Source of the DNA: an uncultured delta proteobacterium
GTDB lineage: Bacteria > Desulfobacterota > Binatia > UBA9968
Reading direction: 5' to 3'
DNA: 64,000 nucleotides
Assembly (NCBI GenBank): GCA_963804165.1
Contig: CAWDPO010000035.1
Location: forward strand, 1 to 64,000
The position numbers were made by a program, and so were the translations under genes. Under the pieces are notes generated by a model that was not told the DNA's origin, did not search any database, and worked only from the letters and a program-made list of their open reading frames with translations. Of the stretch, positions 52,815 through 63,197 are shown piece by piece (the stretch's first letter is position 1; each line of letters starts with the position of its first letter).

Positions 52815-53338
52815 CGCACGATTCTTGAAATTACATTCCACATTGCAGAACACGCTCGCCAGGCGCGGCAATAGGAGCATAAATATTCTGTTGGCGCGAA
52901 TATCTGAGATGCAGGGTCGCAGTTCGCTTCTCCCGTGCCTCGACCCATGACGTCTTTGCTCAAGTGACAACCGTTGAGGTTGCCGGGATTAAGAATGAAA
53001 TGATAAATGCTACGATTCGCTCACGACAGTTTACGCGCAGGTTTGGAGAGTCGATTTCAGCCTCAGGCACAGGTGATTGACACGTTGGAATCCTTTCGGA
53101 TAACTTTTCGCCGTGAACCACAACAGGTGACATAACAACGATGAGGTCTCGGTCACATGTCCTGAGCAAAGGGCTGGGTGAAACTTAACAGGTGCTCGTC
53201 GGCAAAGCTCACGTCGTACGGTCAAGTCTTTGATTCTTGCACGACTCGCTTTTGTTCGTGGGGATCGGAGTCGAATCACGATCGGAGTTTTCACTTAGCT
53301 TGTGGTGGCTAAACCGGACGAAAAAGGAGGGCAAAGAG

Positions 53339-53731
53339 ATGGCAAAAACGACCATGAACCCCGAGGGGCTGCCGGTTCCGCGCGGTAGTTATTCGCTGGT
53401 GGCGATTGCGCAACCGGGCCGGATGGTGTTCATCGCCGGTCAGACGGCCTCAGATCCGCAAGGTAACGTCGTTGGAATCGGCGACGTGCGCGCCCAGACA
53501 CGCTATGTGATCGGAAAAATTCAGCGCGCCGTCGAAGCCGCCGGCGGGACGATCGACGATGTTGTCGCCATGAACATTTTTACGACAGACGTTCGTTATC
53601 ATCGGGACATCAACGAAACGAGACGCGAAGTCCTGGGCTCCAACTTTCCGACCAGCACGATGGTGCAAGTCGTCGCTTTGGCGCGTCCCGAGTTGATGCT
53701 CGAAATCAACGCCACGGCAGTCATCGCGTAA
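53339..53731 (+). CDS. RidA family protein
   Basis: AAGGAGG RBS; YS, FIAGQ and FPTSTMVQV..L....MLEI motifs. Confidence 0.88.
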   Translation: MAKTTMNPEGLPVPRGSYSLVAIAQPGRMVFIAGQTASDPQGNVVGIGDVRAQTRYVIGKIQRAVEAAGGTIDDVVAMNIFTTDVRYHRDINETRREVLGSNFPTSTMVQVVALARPELMLEINATAVIA

Positions 53732-53914
53732 CATTTGTTGACGGTGGGTCTGGCCACGACGGCAATGGCAATGGAGTCTTGACTAAGGGCTGCCATCCGC
53801 GTCGACGATGATTTGACATCGGAACTGTTGCTCGGTTACCCTGAAATATTCCGGCGACGCAAATTACGACGCGCCTAGACACTGCTAAAGGGCGCAATGA
53901 ATTAGGAGACTGCG

Positions 53915-55012
53915 ATGGCTAAACCTGAAATCAGATCGGAAGCGGACGCATTTCGCGCGGCATTCCACGAGCGCATGCACGCTAACAACATGTACGGATT
54001 ATGGGAGCTGGCGAGCCAGATGACGCCGCATCCGCAGCCTAAAATGGTTCCGCACTTGTGGCCGTGGACGACGACTGAATCGATCATTGAAGAATCGGCT
54101 CGCGCGGTGCCTGTCGGCGACGAACGGCGGGCGTTGCAGCTATTCAATCCCGGGCTAGCCGGCCGTTGGGCGACAACGAACAATCTCATCGCCGCGGTGC
54201 AAATTCTTCTGCCGGGAGAAGTCGCGCGCGCGCATCGCCACACGCCGACGGCAATCCGCTTCATCATCGAGGGCACCGGAGCTTATACGGCCGTCGATGG
54301 CGAGCGGATTTATATGGAGCCCGGCGATTTGATTCTGACGCCGAGTTGGGCCTGGCATGATCACGGCAACGAAACGAAAGAGCGGGTGGTGTGGATGGAC
54401 GGGCTCGACATTCCTTTGGTCGCGTCGCTGGAGGCGATGTTTTTCCAATTCTATTCTGCCCCGCAAGTACCGGCGTCGCGTCCGCCGAATGCTTCCCGAC
54501 AAATGTACGGCCACGCGCATATCACCCCGACGTGGGTCAAGGAGAAATCGCAGTCGTCACCGTTGCTGCTCTACTCTTGGACTCAAGCCTCGCAAGCGCT
54601 CGACGCTTTGCGCGACCACGAGGGCAGCGCGTGCGATGGTGTGTTGCTGGAATACCGTCATCCGCAGACCGGCGGACCGGTGTTGCCGACGATGGCTTGC
54701 ATGGTGCAGCTGCTGCGGCCGGGCAAGCACACGAAAGCGCACCGCCATACCGGCAGCGCGGTTTATCACGTTGTAAAGGGCGGAGGTTTCACGATCATCG
54801 ACGGTCAACGCTTCAATTGGCAGAAAGGCGACATTTTCGCGCTGCCACCGTGGGCGTTGCACGAGCACGCCAATACTTCGGCGAGCGCCGATGCGGTGCT
54901 GTTCTCGATCCAGGATTTGCCGGTGCTCCAAGCGCTAGGTCTCTATTACGAAGAAGAACTTAAAGAGAACGACAGCAAGCAGAAAGTTACATCGATTTTT
55001 AAGGCGGCGTGA
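53915..55012 (+). CDS. Gentisate 1,2-dioxygenase family bicupin
   Basis: ERRALQLFNPG, AHRHTPTAIRF, TPSWAWHDH, WMDGLDIP and HRHTGSAVYHV motifs. Confidence 0.88.
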   Translation: MAKPEIRSEADAFRAAFHERMHANNMYGLWELASQMTPHPQPKMVPHLWPWTTTESIIEESARAVPVGDERRALQLFNPGLAGRWATTNNLIAAVQILLPGEVARAHRHTPTAIRFIIEGTGAYTAVDGERIYMEPGDLILTPSWAWHDHGNETKERVVWMDGLDIPLVASLEAMFFQFYSAPQVPASRPPNASRQMYGHAHITPTWVKEKSQSSPLLLYSWTQASQALDALRDHEGSACDGVLLEYRHPQTGGPVLPTMACMVQLLRPGKHTKAHRHTGSAVYHVVKGGGFTIIDGQRFNWQKGDIFALPPWALHEHANTSASADAVLFSIQDLPVLQALGLYYEEELKENDSKQKVTSIFKAA

Positions 55013-55193
55013 ATTGCACGTACCGGCTATCGAGGTCATTTTCAAATCTCCCCTGGCCCTATTTTTCAAAGAGGGGAAGCGGTCTGTATTAGCGATGACC
55101 CTCACCCTTCCCTCTCCCGACAAGGGGTAGGGGGGGTTTGCTTTTCATGACCTTCGCGAGTAACGGTCGGGTCACGGTCTTCTTCTCTAATAG

Positions 55194-56907
55194 TCAATGC
55201 GACAGTCCGAACGAGCTGATATCTCCCTCCAGAAAAAAATGTCCCGATGATATTGCCGCGGGTGATCGGCAGATCGAGATGCGATGGATGCGACTCGTCG
55301 TGGTGGATCGTGATGCGCGCGGGACGCGGGCGGCGGATATGATTGCGCGCTAAGGCTTGCAGTGAATTCACCGCGGGCTCATCATCGGCGCCTTTGATGC
55401 GGATAGCGATGCGCTCGCCGGCTTGAAACAGGCGCGCGGTCGGCACGATGGGGATTTTCAGTTCGTATATCCTGCCCGGTTCCAGAGGTTCGCGTTTTTC
55501 GTGGGCTTGGATCGGCTCCCAAGGTTCGCTGTCATCGCGCAGCATGCGCTGCGACGCGCGCAGCCAGCCGCGGGTGAGCTCGTGTTCGTTGCCATCGCGA
55601 TCGATCAGCAGCAGCGTGGTAAACAACAGCGTATCCGTATCGGTTGTCGACACGTAAAGCGTCAGCACGCTCGGGCCGAGCACTTCGGTATTCTCCACTA
55701 GTAGCGGCGTCGAGTAGGTAAGCACGCCGTGCTCGAAGCTCGATTCGTCGAACGAATCCCCGCCTTCGGCGGGCCAAAGCTCGTGCTCGCTGAGCATGCC
55801 ATCCTTGTGCAAGTAAAACGTCGTCCAGCACGCCTCGGGCGGCGGCCAATCGCTTAAATTTTTCCATTCGCCTGTGGGCGGAATGAAGCAACGGATCGGC
55901 GGCTCGTCCATAATGCCGGTGTCTATACCTTTGAGCCAATAATCGAACCAGCGCAGCGATTCGTCTTGGTATTGATACACCGGACGGTCGAGATAAACTC
56001 CCGGGCCGATGACCATTTTTTTTGGCCCGCGCCATTTTTTCCATGCCGAGAACGCTCCCGGTAGATGTAGACCGTAATTGCCCCAGCATGCGCCGAGATA
56101 GGCGGGAATCGTCGCCTTTTCATCTTGCGCGCTGTGCTCGCGCCAAAACGGGCCGTCGAATGGATGCAACACGAAGTCGACGATCAGCGCGTTGGTGCCC
56201 GCATCGGGGTTCTGCAGCGCTTCGCGCAGCCCCGGCTGCGCCACGATCTCTTCGTCGCGCAGCGCTAGCGCGATCGCTTCTTTGTATGCGGGTTCGCCGT
56301 GTTTCTCTTTGTAGAGGCTTCGATAGTTAGGTTTGTGCAGACTGTTGCGCCAGTGACTGATGAAACCGTGCGCCAGGATACCGCCGTGATAACAGCGGTG
56401 GCGATAGTCGTCGGTGCCGGCGAACGGCGCGAAGATCGCTTTGAGTGGCGCGGGTCCGAGCGCGGCGACTGCTTTGGCCAGGCGCGCGAAGTAAGAGACG
56501 CCGAACATTCCGACCACGCCGTTGCTCCACGGTTGCGCGGCGAGCCAGTCGATCAAATCGCAAATATCGCGCACTTCCTGCGGCCCCATCAATTGATAGA
56601 AGCCTTCGGAGTTGCCGCTGCCGCGGACGTTGAAAACCGCGTGCACGTAACCGCGGCGCGCAAAGAAGGTCGAGTCGCCGCTTTCCATGTAACCGCGCAT
56701 CGGTGTGAAGCCGACGGGGAGCATCGGTGGCGATTGCAAATTCTTGTTGTACGCATGGGCGCCGAGGATGACGGGAAACTTCTCGTCTGATTTTGGTCGA
56801 TAGATATCGCCGTCAAGCAACGGGCCGTCAGGCATGCGCACTTTGACGTCGCGATCGACGACGACGTCGTATTTTCGCTCCGACGTGGACCATTGACGCG
56901 TGAACAT
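55194..56907 (-). CDS. CocE/NonD family hydrolase; probable extra base near 55225 (true stop probably 55194)
   Basis: GGGAGG RBS before MFTRQW; RGSGNSEG, W...QPWSNG.VGMFGVSY and TRGWLRAS motifs. Confidence 0.85.
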
Positions 56908-57052
56908 GAGTTTTGACCTCCCTGACGAAATCCCAATTACTCCAGGCGGAAGTGATTGTCCAGCACACGTCGGTGCCTTGACACTTCGGAGCACCGAACG
57001 TTATTCTCACACGCTATCTGCATTTAAGCGGACCGTGGGAGTAACTGGAATC

Positions 57053-57895
57053 GTGAGAATTATCGATCTTCACTGCTACCCCAATACTGAGCCCTGGATC
57101 AAATCGCAGGGGCCGTACGTCGAGGCGTTGGCGAAATACTGGAATCGAGCTTGGACGTGGAAGAGCGAAGCGGAGGTCCTCAAAGAGTTCAAGCAAGCCG
57201 GCGTCGAGGCGATGCTCGTCGCTTTCGACATCGAGTCCGTTACAGGCGCGCCGCCGTGCACCAATGAATACGTCGCCAAGTTGCGCGATGATCATCCCGG
57301 CGTTATTCGCCAGGCCTGGGGTGCGGTCGACCCGCTCAAAGGCGCGCAGGCGATCGAGGACGCAAAGAGGGCGATCGAAGAACTAAGGTTATTCGGTTTT
57401 CACTTCCATCCGATCATGGGTCATTTTTCCGTCGATGAACGCAAACTCTATCCGCTTTGGGAAACGATCAACGCGTTCAAAGTTCCGGTGATGATTGACG
57501 TGGGTACGACGGGTATGGGCGCGGGCATGCCCGGCGGTCTCGGCGCCGTGATTCGCCACGCGCATCCCGCGGCGATCGATCAACTGGCCGCCGACTTTCC
57601 TGAACTAAATATCGTCGCGGCACATCCAGGTTGGCCGTGGACCGACGAGATGCTTGCTGTGGCGCTGCACAAGGGAAATGTCTCGTGGGAACTGTCGGGT
57701 TGGGCGCCGAAATATTTCCCCGACGTGCTGAAGCGCGATATCAAAGGCCGGCTGAAAGACAAGATCATGTTCGGCAGCGACTATCCGAGCATTCCCTACG
57801 ACCGGATTTTTAAAGAATGGAAAGAGTTGGGTTACTCGGATGAACTGATGGAGAAAGTCTATCATCAGAACGCCGAGCGAATTCTTGGGCTCTGA
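57053..57895 (+). CDS. Amidohydrolase_2 family protein
   Basis: IIDLHCY, AHPGWPW, LSGWAPKYF and FGSDYP motifs. Confidence 0.88.
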   Translation: MRIIDLHCYPNTEPWIKSQGPYVEALAKYWNRAWTWKSEAEVLKEFKQAGVEAMLVAFDIESVTGAPPCTNEYVAKLRDDHPGVIRQAWGAVDPLKGAQAIEDAKRAIEELRLFGFHFHPIMGHFSVDERKLYPLWETINAFKVPVMIDVGTTGMGAGMPGGLGAVIRHAHPAAIDQLAADFPELNIVAAHPGWPWTDEMLAVALHKGNVSWELSGWAPKYFPDVLKRDIKGRLKDKIMFGSDYPSIPYDRIFKEWKELGYSDELMEKVYHQNAERILGL

Positions 57896-57914
57896 CCTGG
57901 TTCGCTCTGCCGAA

Positions 57915-59103
57915 TCACTTCTGCGTTCGCAGTGCCGGCTCTTCGTCGGTGCGCTCGCGCACGGCGCCAATTAATGCCGCGTAGAGTAGCAGCGGCACTG
58001 ACGAGACGAGAATCATCGCAACAAGGATGTCGCCGGTGCCGGCAATGAGCTGTGCCGCGAGCAACGGCGCCAATACGCCCGCCGTGTAGTGCAGCGACAT
58101 AATGACGCCGGCGGCGGTGCCGGCGCTGCCGGGTGGCGCAGTTTCCTGCGCAAGTGCGACGACCAGAGCCGGGACGGACGCCTTGAGTAATCCAAAAACA
58201 AATATTCCTGCTGCCAGACCGGTCGCAGAATCTAGCCAATAGAACACCATGAAGGCCGCCGCTGCGGCTGGAAGGGCGCTCAGAGCGATGATGCGTTTAC
58301 GGCCAAATTTGTCGGACAACGATCCAAGGGTAAACGATCCGAGCATATTAGCCACGCTCAAAACACCCATGATCCAACCGGTTTCTTGAAGACTGAGCGC
58401 CTTAGCGGCGCGCAACGCGGTTGGAGTCCAAGCGGCGGAGCTCCAGAATACAGATCCACCGATGAATTCAGCGAGCGGCTAAAATCGCCGTCGATGTGGA
58501 AAGCGCGGATTTGATAGGACCCGAGCGCGCGGCCGCTCGTGTTCGGCGCTGATCTCGAATCCAATAAAACTGTAGCAACATGTCCGCGGCCGCGATCAGT
58601 CCTACTGTAAGAAACGCCGTGCGCCATCCGTTGGCCACGACGACACGACTTGCCAATACGGCTCCTATGGCCCCGCCGATGCCGTAAGTTACGGAAACGA
58701 GGCTAGCGCCAAGACCGCGCCGATGCGGTAGCAGATCGGACATGATGGCGTAAAGCGAGGGCGATGTGAAGCCGTAGCCGACGCCTGTCACGCCGAGGCA
58801 ACAAAAAAACAACAGCGTGGCATGACTGAACGCCGCGAGAGTGAAGCCCGCGGCTAAAAGGGTAAGCCCGGTGATGAGGACGGTTTTTCGGCCGATACCG
58901 TCGGCAAGCCGGCCGGCAATGCCGCTCGTAAGAGCGGCGACGACCATCATGACGGAGAAGAGACTGCCTCCGGCGAGTTCAGAAAGTGAAAAGGTGCCGC
59001 GGATCTCGGGTAGCGCGATCCCGAGCGTCGCCACCATCATGGACGGCATCAGGTTCGCGCAGGGAACGATGCCAACGGACAGACGATCCGGTCGCGCAGG
59101 CAC
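57915..59103 (-). CDS. MFS transporter, one frameshift near 58476
   Basis: Motif A in both halves (GRLADGIGRK, GSLSDKFGRK); removing one base gives ILALAEFIGGSVFWSS and joins the two ORFs. Confidence 0.82.
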
Positions 59104-59133
59104 GGATGATTGTTGTTCCTCGATGAAGAATTC

Positions 59134-59481
59134 CTATTTCAGCGGAATGAAAACGTAGTGCCGCGGCTGATTTCCGACGACTCGCGTGATATGGCCGCGC
59201 CCGGTGGTGTCTTCGGCGAGCATCACGTCGCCCGGTCCAAATCTGCGAACCGTGCCGTCGCCGGTTTCGATCTCGACCTGGCCGGAAAGAGTGATGACGT
59301 ATTGCCGTTTCGGCACGGGGTGATAAGCGCTTAAATGAGACGGCGGCGACGAGCGAAACATGATGCCGTGGGTAGGTTGCAGCGCGGAGGCTTGCATGTG
59401 TCCAATCGAATTCAGCTCGATCTCGACGTCTTCGAAATGCGATTCGTTGTCCGTTCCCGTGTAAAGTCTGACGATCTTCAT
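59134..59481 (-). CDS. Cupin-like protein
   Basis: Y.G.D.ESHF, HP.P.RQ...TLSG and EDTTGRGH motifs; GGAG upstream. Confidence 0.75.
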   Translation of the reverse strand: MKIVRLYTGTDNESHFEDVEIELNSIGHMQASALQPTHGIMFRSSPPSHLSAYHPVPKRQYVITLSGQVEIETGDGTVRRFGPGDVMLAEDTTGRGHITRVVGNQPRHYVFIPLK

Positions 59482-59721
59482 GAGCCGGTTTGTAGGAGAA
59501 TCGCTCGGGAAAAGCAAACCAAAACTTTTGTTCCAGACGTTTCAATCGTTCCAAAGGTTCCAAAGGTTTAGGTCGGGAGCAGAAAGCAAAGCCTGAAGCA
59601 CGGATGAATTTGTGCCGAGCGTGTCTTGGCTTCGCTGCTTTACTGTGGCGGGGAAAATAGCCTATAAACCTTCTGAGCAACGCATTACTTACAAGAGTTG
59701 CGACAAATAGGAGCCATTCCC

Positions 59722-61152
59722 ATGAGTGAAGAGATTTTGAATCAATTGGCCTCAGACTTGAACAGGTTGCTCGCCGAGCCCGTCGGTAGTCGGAGAGTGA
59801 AGATCACCGACCTGACACCGAGAGACGGGCAGCAGTGCAAGCTGGCGACGCGCGTCACCACCGACGATCTCCTGCCGCTATGCGCCTCCATCGACAATTG
59901 CGGTTTCTACGCGGTGGAAGTGTGGGGCGGCGCCACGTTCGACGTCTGCATGCGCTATCTCAAAGAAGATCCGTGGGAGCGGCTGCGACGGATGAAAGCG
60001 GTGATGCCCAAAACCAAACTGCAGATGCTTTTGCGCGGCCAACATATTCTCGCCTATCGGCCGTACACCGATAAAATCGTCTACAAGTTCGTCGAACGCG
60101 CGATCGCCAACGGCATGAACGTGTTTCGCATATTCGAAGCGACCAATGATTTTAGAAACATCGAGTCTGCCACGAAGGCCGTAAAAGAGCTTGGCGGTGA
60201 GGCCCACGTCGAAGTGAACTATACCGTGAGCCCGGTTCATACTCTGGAGAAATGGATGGAGTACGCCGAACAATTGATCGAGGTTGGCGCGGATTGGTTG
60301 TCGCTCAAAGACGCGACCGGCATCATGACGCCTTTCGATTGTTACAGAATCGTCAAAGGCATTAAAGACCGCGCCAAGGGCAAGCTGCCGGTGTTGCTCC
60401 ACTGTCACGACATGGGCGGGACATCGAGCATGTGCCACCTCATGGCGATTCTCGCCGGCGTCGACATGATCGACACGGTGTTGTCGCCGTTGTCGTTTGG
60501 CTCGGCGCATCCCGCAACTGAGACCATGGTGGCCTCGTTGAAAGGCACTCCGTTCGACACCGGCATCGACGTAAAGATCTTGGAAGAGCCCGCGCAGATC
60601 ACTCGGCAGATCAAAGAAAAGTACGAGAAATACGAAACCGGATACACCGGCGTGAGCGCCGATGTGTTCATTCACAAAGTGCCCGGAGGCATGATCTCCA
60701 ACATGGTCGCGCAATTAAAAGAAGCCAAGCGGATGGATCTGATGGACGCCGCGTTGAAAGAAACGCCGAGCGTCGAAAAAGACCTCGGTCATCCGCCGCT
60801 GCTCACGCCGACAAGCCAGATCGTCGGTGTCCAAGCCGTGCTCAATGTATTGTCCGGCGAACGTTACAAGATCGTCAGCAGAGAGACGAGTGATTACGTC
60901 AAGGGCAAGTATGGCCGCCCGCCTGGCCCGGTGAATAAGGAACTGATCAAGAAAATAATGAAAGACAAAGAGCCGGATTACTCGCTGCGCTCCGGCGAAA
61001 TGGCCGATCCGGCGGATTGGGAGAAAGCAGCCAAAGATCTCGGCCCGCTGGCGAAGTGCGATGAGGATGTTCTCTTAGGCGTCTTGTTCCCGATGCAGGC
61101 CAAGGAATTTTTGACGTTGAGGGAAGGCGGAAATCAAAATCAACCACAGTAG
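59722..61152 (+). CDS. Pyruvate/oxaloacetate carboxyltransferase (PycB/OadA/transcarboxylase 5S-like) without a biotinyl domain
   Basis: RDGQQ, EVWGGATFD, EDPWERLR, QMLLRG, LKD, HCH, PGGMISN and LTPTSQIVG motifs; no MKM biotin motif. Confidence 0.88.
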   Translation: MSEEILNQLASDLNRLLAEPVGSRRVKITDLTPRDGQQCKLATRVTTDDLLPLCASIDNCGFYAVEVWGGATFDVCMRYLKEDPWERLRRMKAVMPKTKLQMLLRGQHILAYRPYTDKIVYKFVERAIANGMNVFRIFEATNDFRNIESATKAVKELGGEAHVEVNYTVSPVHTLEKWMEYAEQLIEVGADWLSLKDATGIMTPFDCYRIVKGIKDRAKGKLPVLLHCHDMGGTSSMCHLMAILAGVDMIDTVLSPLSFGSAHPATETMVASLKGTPFDTGIDVKILEEPAQITRQIKEKYEKYETGYTGVSADVFIHKVPGGMISNMVAQLKEAKRMDLMDAALKETPSVEKDLGHPPLLTPTSQIVGVQAVLNVLSGERYKIVSRETSDYVKGKYGRPPGPVNKELIKKIMKDKEPDYSLRSGEMADPADWEKAAKDLGPLAKCDEDVLLGVLFPMQAKEFLTLREGGNQNQPQ

Positions 61153-61209
61153 GAGCACGATCATCGCGCCGGTTCGCGATTTGTAACCCTAGGTATTTGA
61201 AGTTGGCAT

Positions 61210-61232
61210 TATAATAGACTAAGCTTAGTCTA
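61210..61232 (+). promoter_or_regulatory. -10 box and palindromic operator of the TA operon
   Basis: TATAAT (61210-15) overlapping the perfect 18-bp palindrome TAGACTAAGCTTAGTCTA (61215-32). Confidence 0.7.
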
Positions 61233-61235
61233 GTC

Positions 61236-61475
61236 ATGGAAAAAGTTAATATCCACCAAGCGAAAACACAGCTTTCTCGGCTCGTTGAATTGGCGGCCAG
61301 TGGGAAGGAAATCATCATAGCAAAGGCCGGGAAGCCTGTTGCCCGCTTGGTCCCCTATGTGACTAAAACTGAACCCCGAAGATTGGGTCAACTGCGCGGC
61401 AAGATTAAAATCAAGAAAAATTTCGACGCCCCCCTTCCTGCAAAATTGTTGGATGAGTTCGAAAGCAAGCGCTAA
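61236..61475 (+). CDS. Phd/YefM family antitoxin
   Basis: VNIHQAKTQLSRLVE...GKEIIIAKAGKPVARLVP. Confidence 0.92.
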   Translation: MEKVNIHQAKTQLSRLVELAASGKEIIIAKAGKPVARLVPYVTKTEPRRLGQLRGKIKIKKNFDAPLPAKLLDEFESKR

Positions 61476-61478
61476 AAC

Positions 61479-61874
61479 GTGCGGCTGCTTCTTGATACCC
61501 ATATCTTGCTGTGGGGGTTGTCGGACGACCAACGGCTAAATAAATCCGCCCGCGAGATCCTCGTGAATCCGAGCAATGAAATTTTTGTCAGTGCAGCTTC
61601 GATTTGGGAGGTCGCGATCAAGGCTGCGTTGGGTCGGATTGAGATCGAGGTGGACGATCTCGATGCGGCGGTCGAGGATGCTCATTTTCAACCGCTACCG
61701 ATTACTTTTCGCCATGCAGCGACTGCCGGGCGGCTTCCGGGTGTCCATCGCGACCCGTTCGATCGGATGCTCGTGGCCCAGGCGAGCGTGGAAGAATTGC
61801 GAATCGTTACGCATGACCGAGTCTTCGAGCGCTATGGCCTCGTTGCCGCGGGGCTGCCCCCGATTTTGGTCTGA
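61479..61874 (+). CDS. vapC: VapC/PIN domain toxin
   Basis: LLLDTH, SAASIWEVAIK, HRDPFDRMLVAQA and VTHD motifs. Confidence 0.92.
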   Translation: MRLLLDTHILLWGLSDDQRLNKSAREILVNPSNEIFVSAASIWEVAIKAALGRIEIEVDDLDAAVEDAHFQPLPITFRHAATAGRLPGVHRDPFDRMLVAQASVEELRIVTHDRVFERYGLVAAGLPPILV

Positions 61875-61930
61875 TTGACAATCAATTCCGTTGGGCGCGC
61901 AGTCCGTGAACTTCATCGGATATCTTTCTT

Positions 61931-62836
61931 ATGCCCGAGTTTCCCGACGTCACTGTTTACATCGAAGCGCTCTCAGAGCGTGTGTTGAATCAACCGATTC
62001 AGAAGATCCGTATCGGCAGTCCTTTTGTCGTGCGCTCCTTCGACCCGCCGATCAGCGCGGTGGAGACAAAGAAAGTTTTAGCTCTGCGCCGGCTTGGCAA
62101 GCGCATCGTCTTTGAGCAGGAAGACGATCTTTTTCTAATCGTTCATCTGATGATTGCCGGGCGGTTTCACTGGAAGCCGAAAGGCGCGAAGATCGCCCGC
62201 AAGTATGGGCAGGCGGCGTTCGATTTTCCCCACGGAACATTGCTCTTGACTGAAGCGGGAACCAAGAAGCGCGCGTCGATTCATCTAGTCCGAGGCCAAA
62301 CCGCCTTGCAAGAACATGATCCCGGCGGTCTGGAGGTTCTCGAAGCAAGCCTTGCTCAATTTCGCGAAGCGCTGACGCGCGAAAATCACACTTTGAAACG
62401 CTCGCTCACCGATCCGCATGTATTCAGCGGTATCGGCAACGCCTATTCCGATGAGATTCTCCATCACGCGCGGCTTTCGCCGATTCGCCTGACGCAGCAA
62501 ATGCCGCACGCGGAGATCGACCGTCTTTATCATGCAGTCCGAGAGTCGCTCGCTGAATGGGTCGAGCGACTGCGAAAGGAACGCGGAACCGGCTTCCCCG
62601 AAAAAGTCACCGCATTCCGTCCCGACATGGCCGTGCACGGTAAATACCGCAAACCCTGCCCGGTATGCGGTTCACCGGTGCAGCGCATCGTGCATGCGGA
62701 AAACGAGACCAACTACTGCGCCAAGTGCCAGACAGGAGGAAAGCTGTTAGCCGATCGGAGTTTGTCGCGATTGCTTAAAGACGATTGGCCACGAACGTTG
62801 GAGGAGTTGGAGGAAATTAAGACGGGTCGCATCTAG
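61931..62836 (+). CDS. Fpg/Nei family DNA glycosylase
   Basis: MPEFPDV N-terminus; HLMIAG; SGIGNAYSDEIL (H2TH); CPVC...CAKCQ zinc finger. Confidence 0.9.
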   Translation: MPEFPDVTVYIEALSERVLNQPIQKIRIGSPFVVRSFDPPISAVETKKVLALRRLGKRIVFEQEDDLFLIVHLMIAGRFHWKPKGAKIARKYGQAAFDFPHGTLLLTEAGTKKRASIHLVRGQTALQEHDPGGLEVLEASLAQFREALTRENHTLKRSLTDPHVFSGIGNAYSDEILHHARLSPIRLTQQMPHAEIDRLYHAVRESLAEWVERLRKERGTGFPEKVTAFRPDMAVHGKYRKPCPVCGSPVQRIVHAENETNYCAKCQTGGKLLADRSLSRLLKDDWPRTLEELEEIKTGRI

Positions 62837-62864
62837 AAAGAATAGACGGTACGCAAAGCGCACC

Positions 62865-63146
62865 CTACGAAACTAACTCATCAACGACTTTCCACTCGAA
62901 CATATCCCTAAAATCGGCAAAACACTGCTCACAAATCCACCGGTAATCATCTCTGGTCGCATATCCCTGATGCAACGCGTGTGGTAAATCTTCAACCACA
63001 AACTTGGCCGAGCAGAACTCGCAATGATCATGTTCCCATTTCGGATTCTTCGGATACTCGCGGTATCGACAATGTACCAAGGTCACGCCCTGTAAGTACT
63101 TCTCCTGAACTTGGAGTCGCCAATCTGATTTGTTGTCTGTGGGCAT
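62865..63146 (-). CDS. Hypothetical protein with putative Zn ligands
   Basis: WEHDHCEFC and WICEQCF motifs. Confidence 0.65.
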   Translation of the reverse strand: MPTDNKSDWRLQVQEKYLQGVTLVHCRYREYPKNPKWEHDHCEFCSAKFVVEDLPHALHQGYATRDDYRWICEQCFADFRDMFEWKVVDELVS

Positions 63147-63197
63147 CGCGGTATTTAGAGTATGCGCTTTCGCACCAACTGAGATTGCTATGTGCTT

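Noticed and set aside
1914-60714. Long antisense or alternate-frame ORFs (e.g. 1914..2711, 4622..5575, 43949..44707, 59878..60714)
   Set aside because: They are shadows of well-supported genes in GC-rich DNA and carry no motifs of their own.
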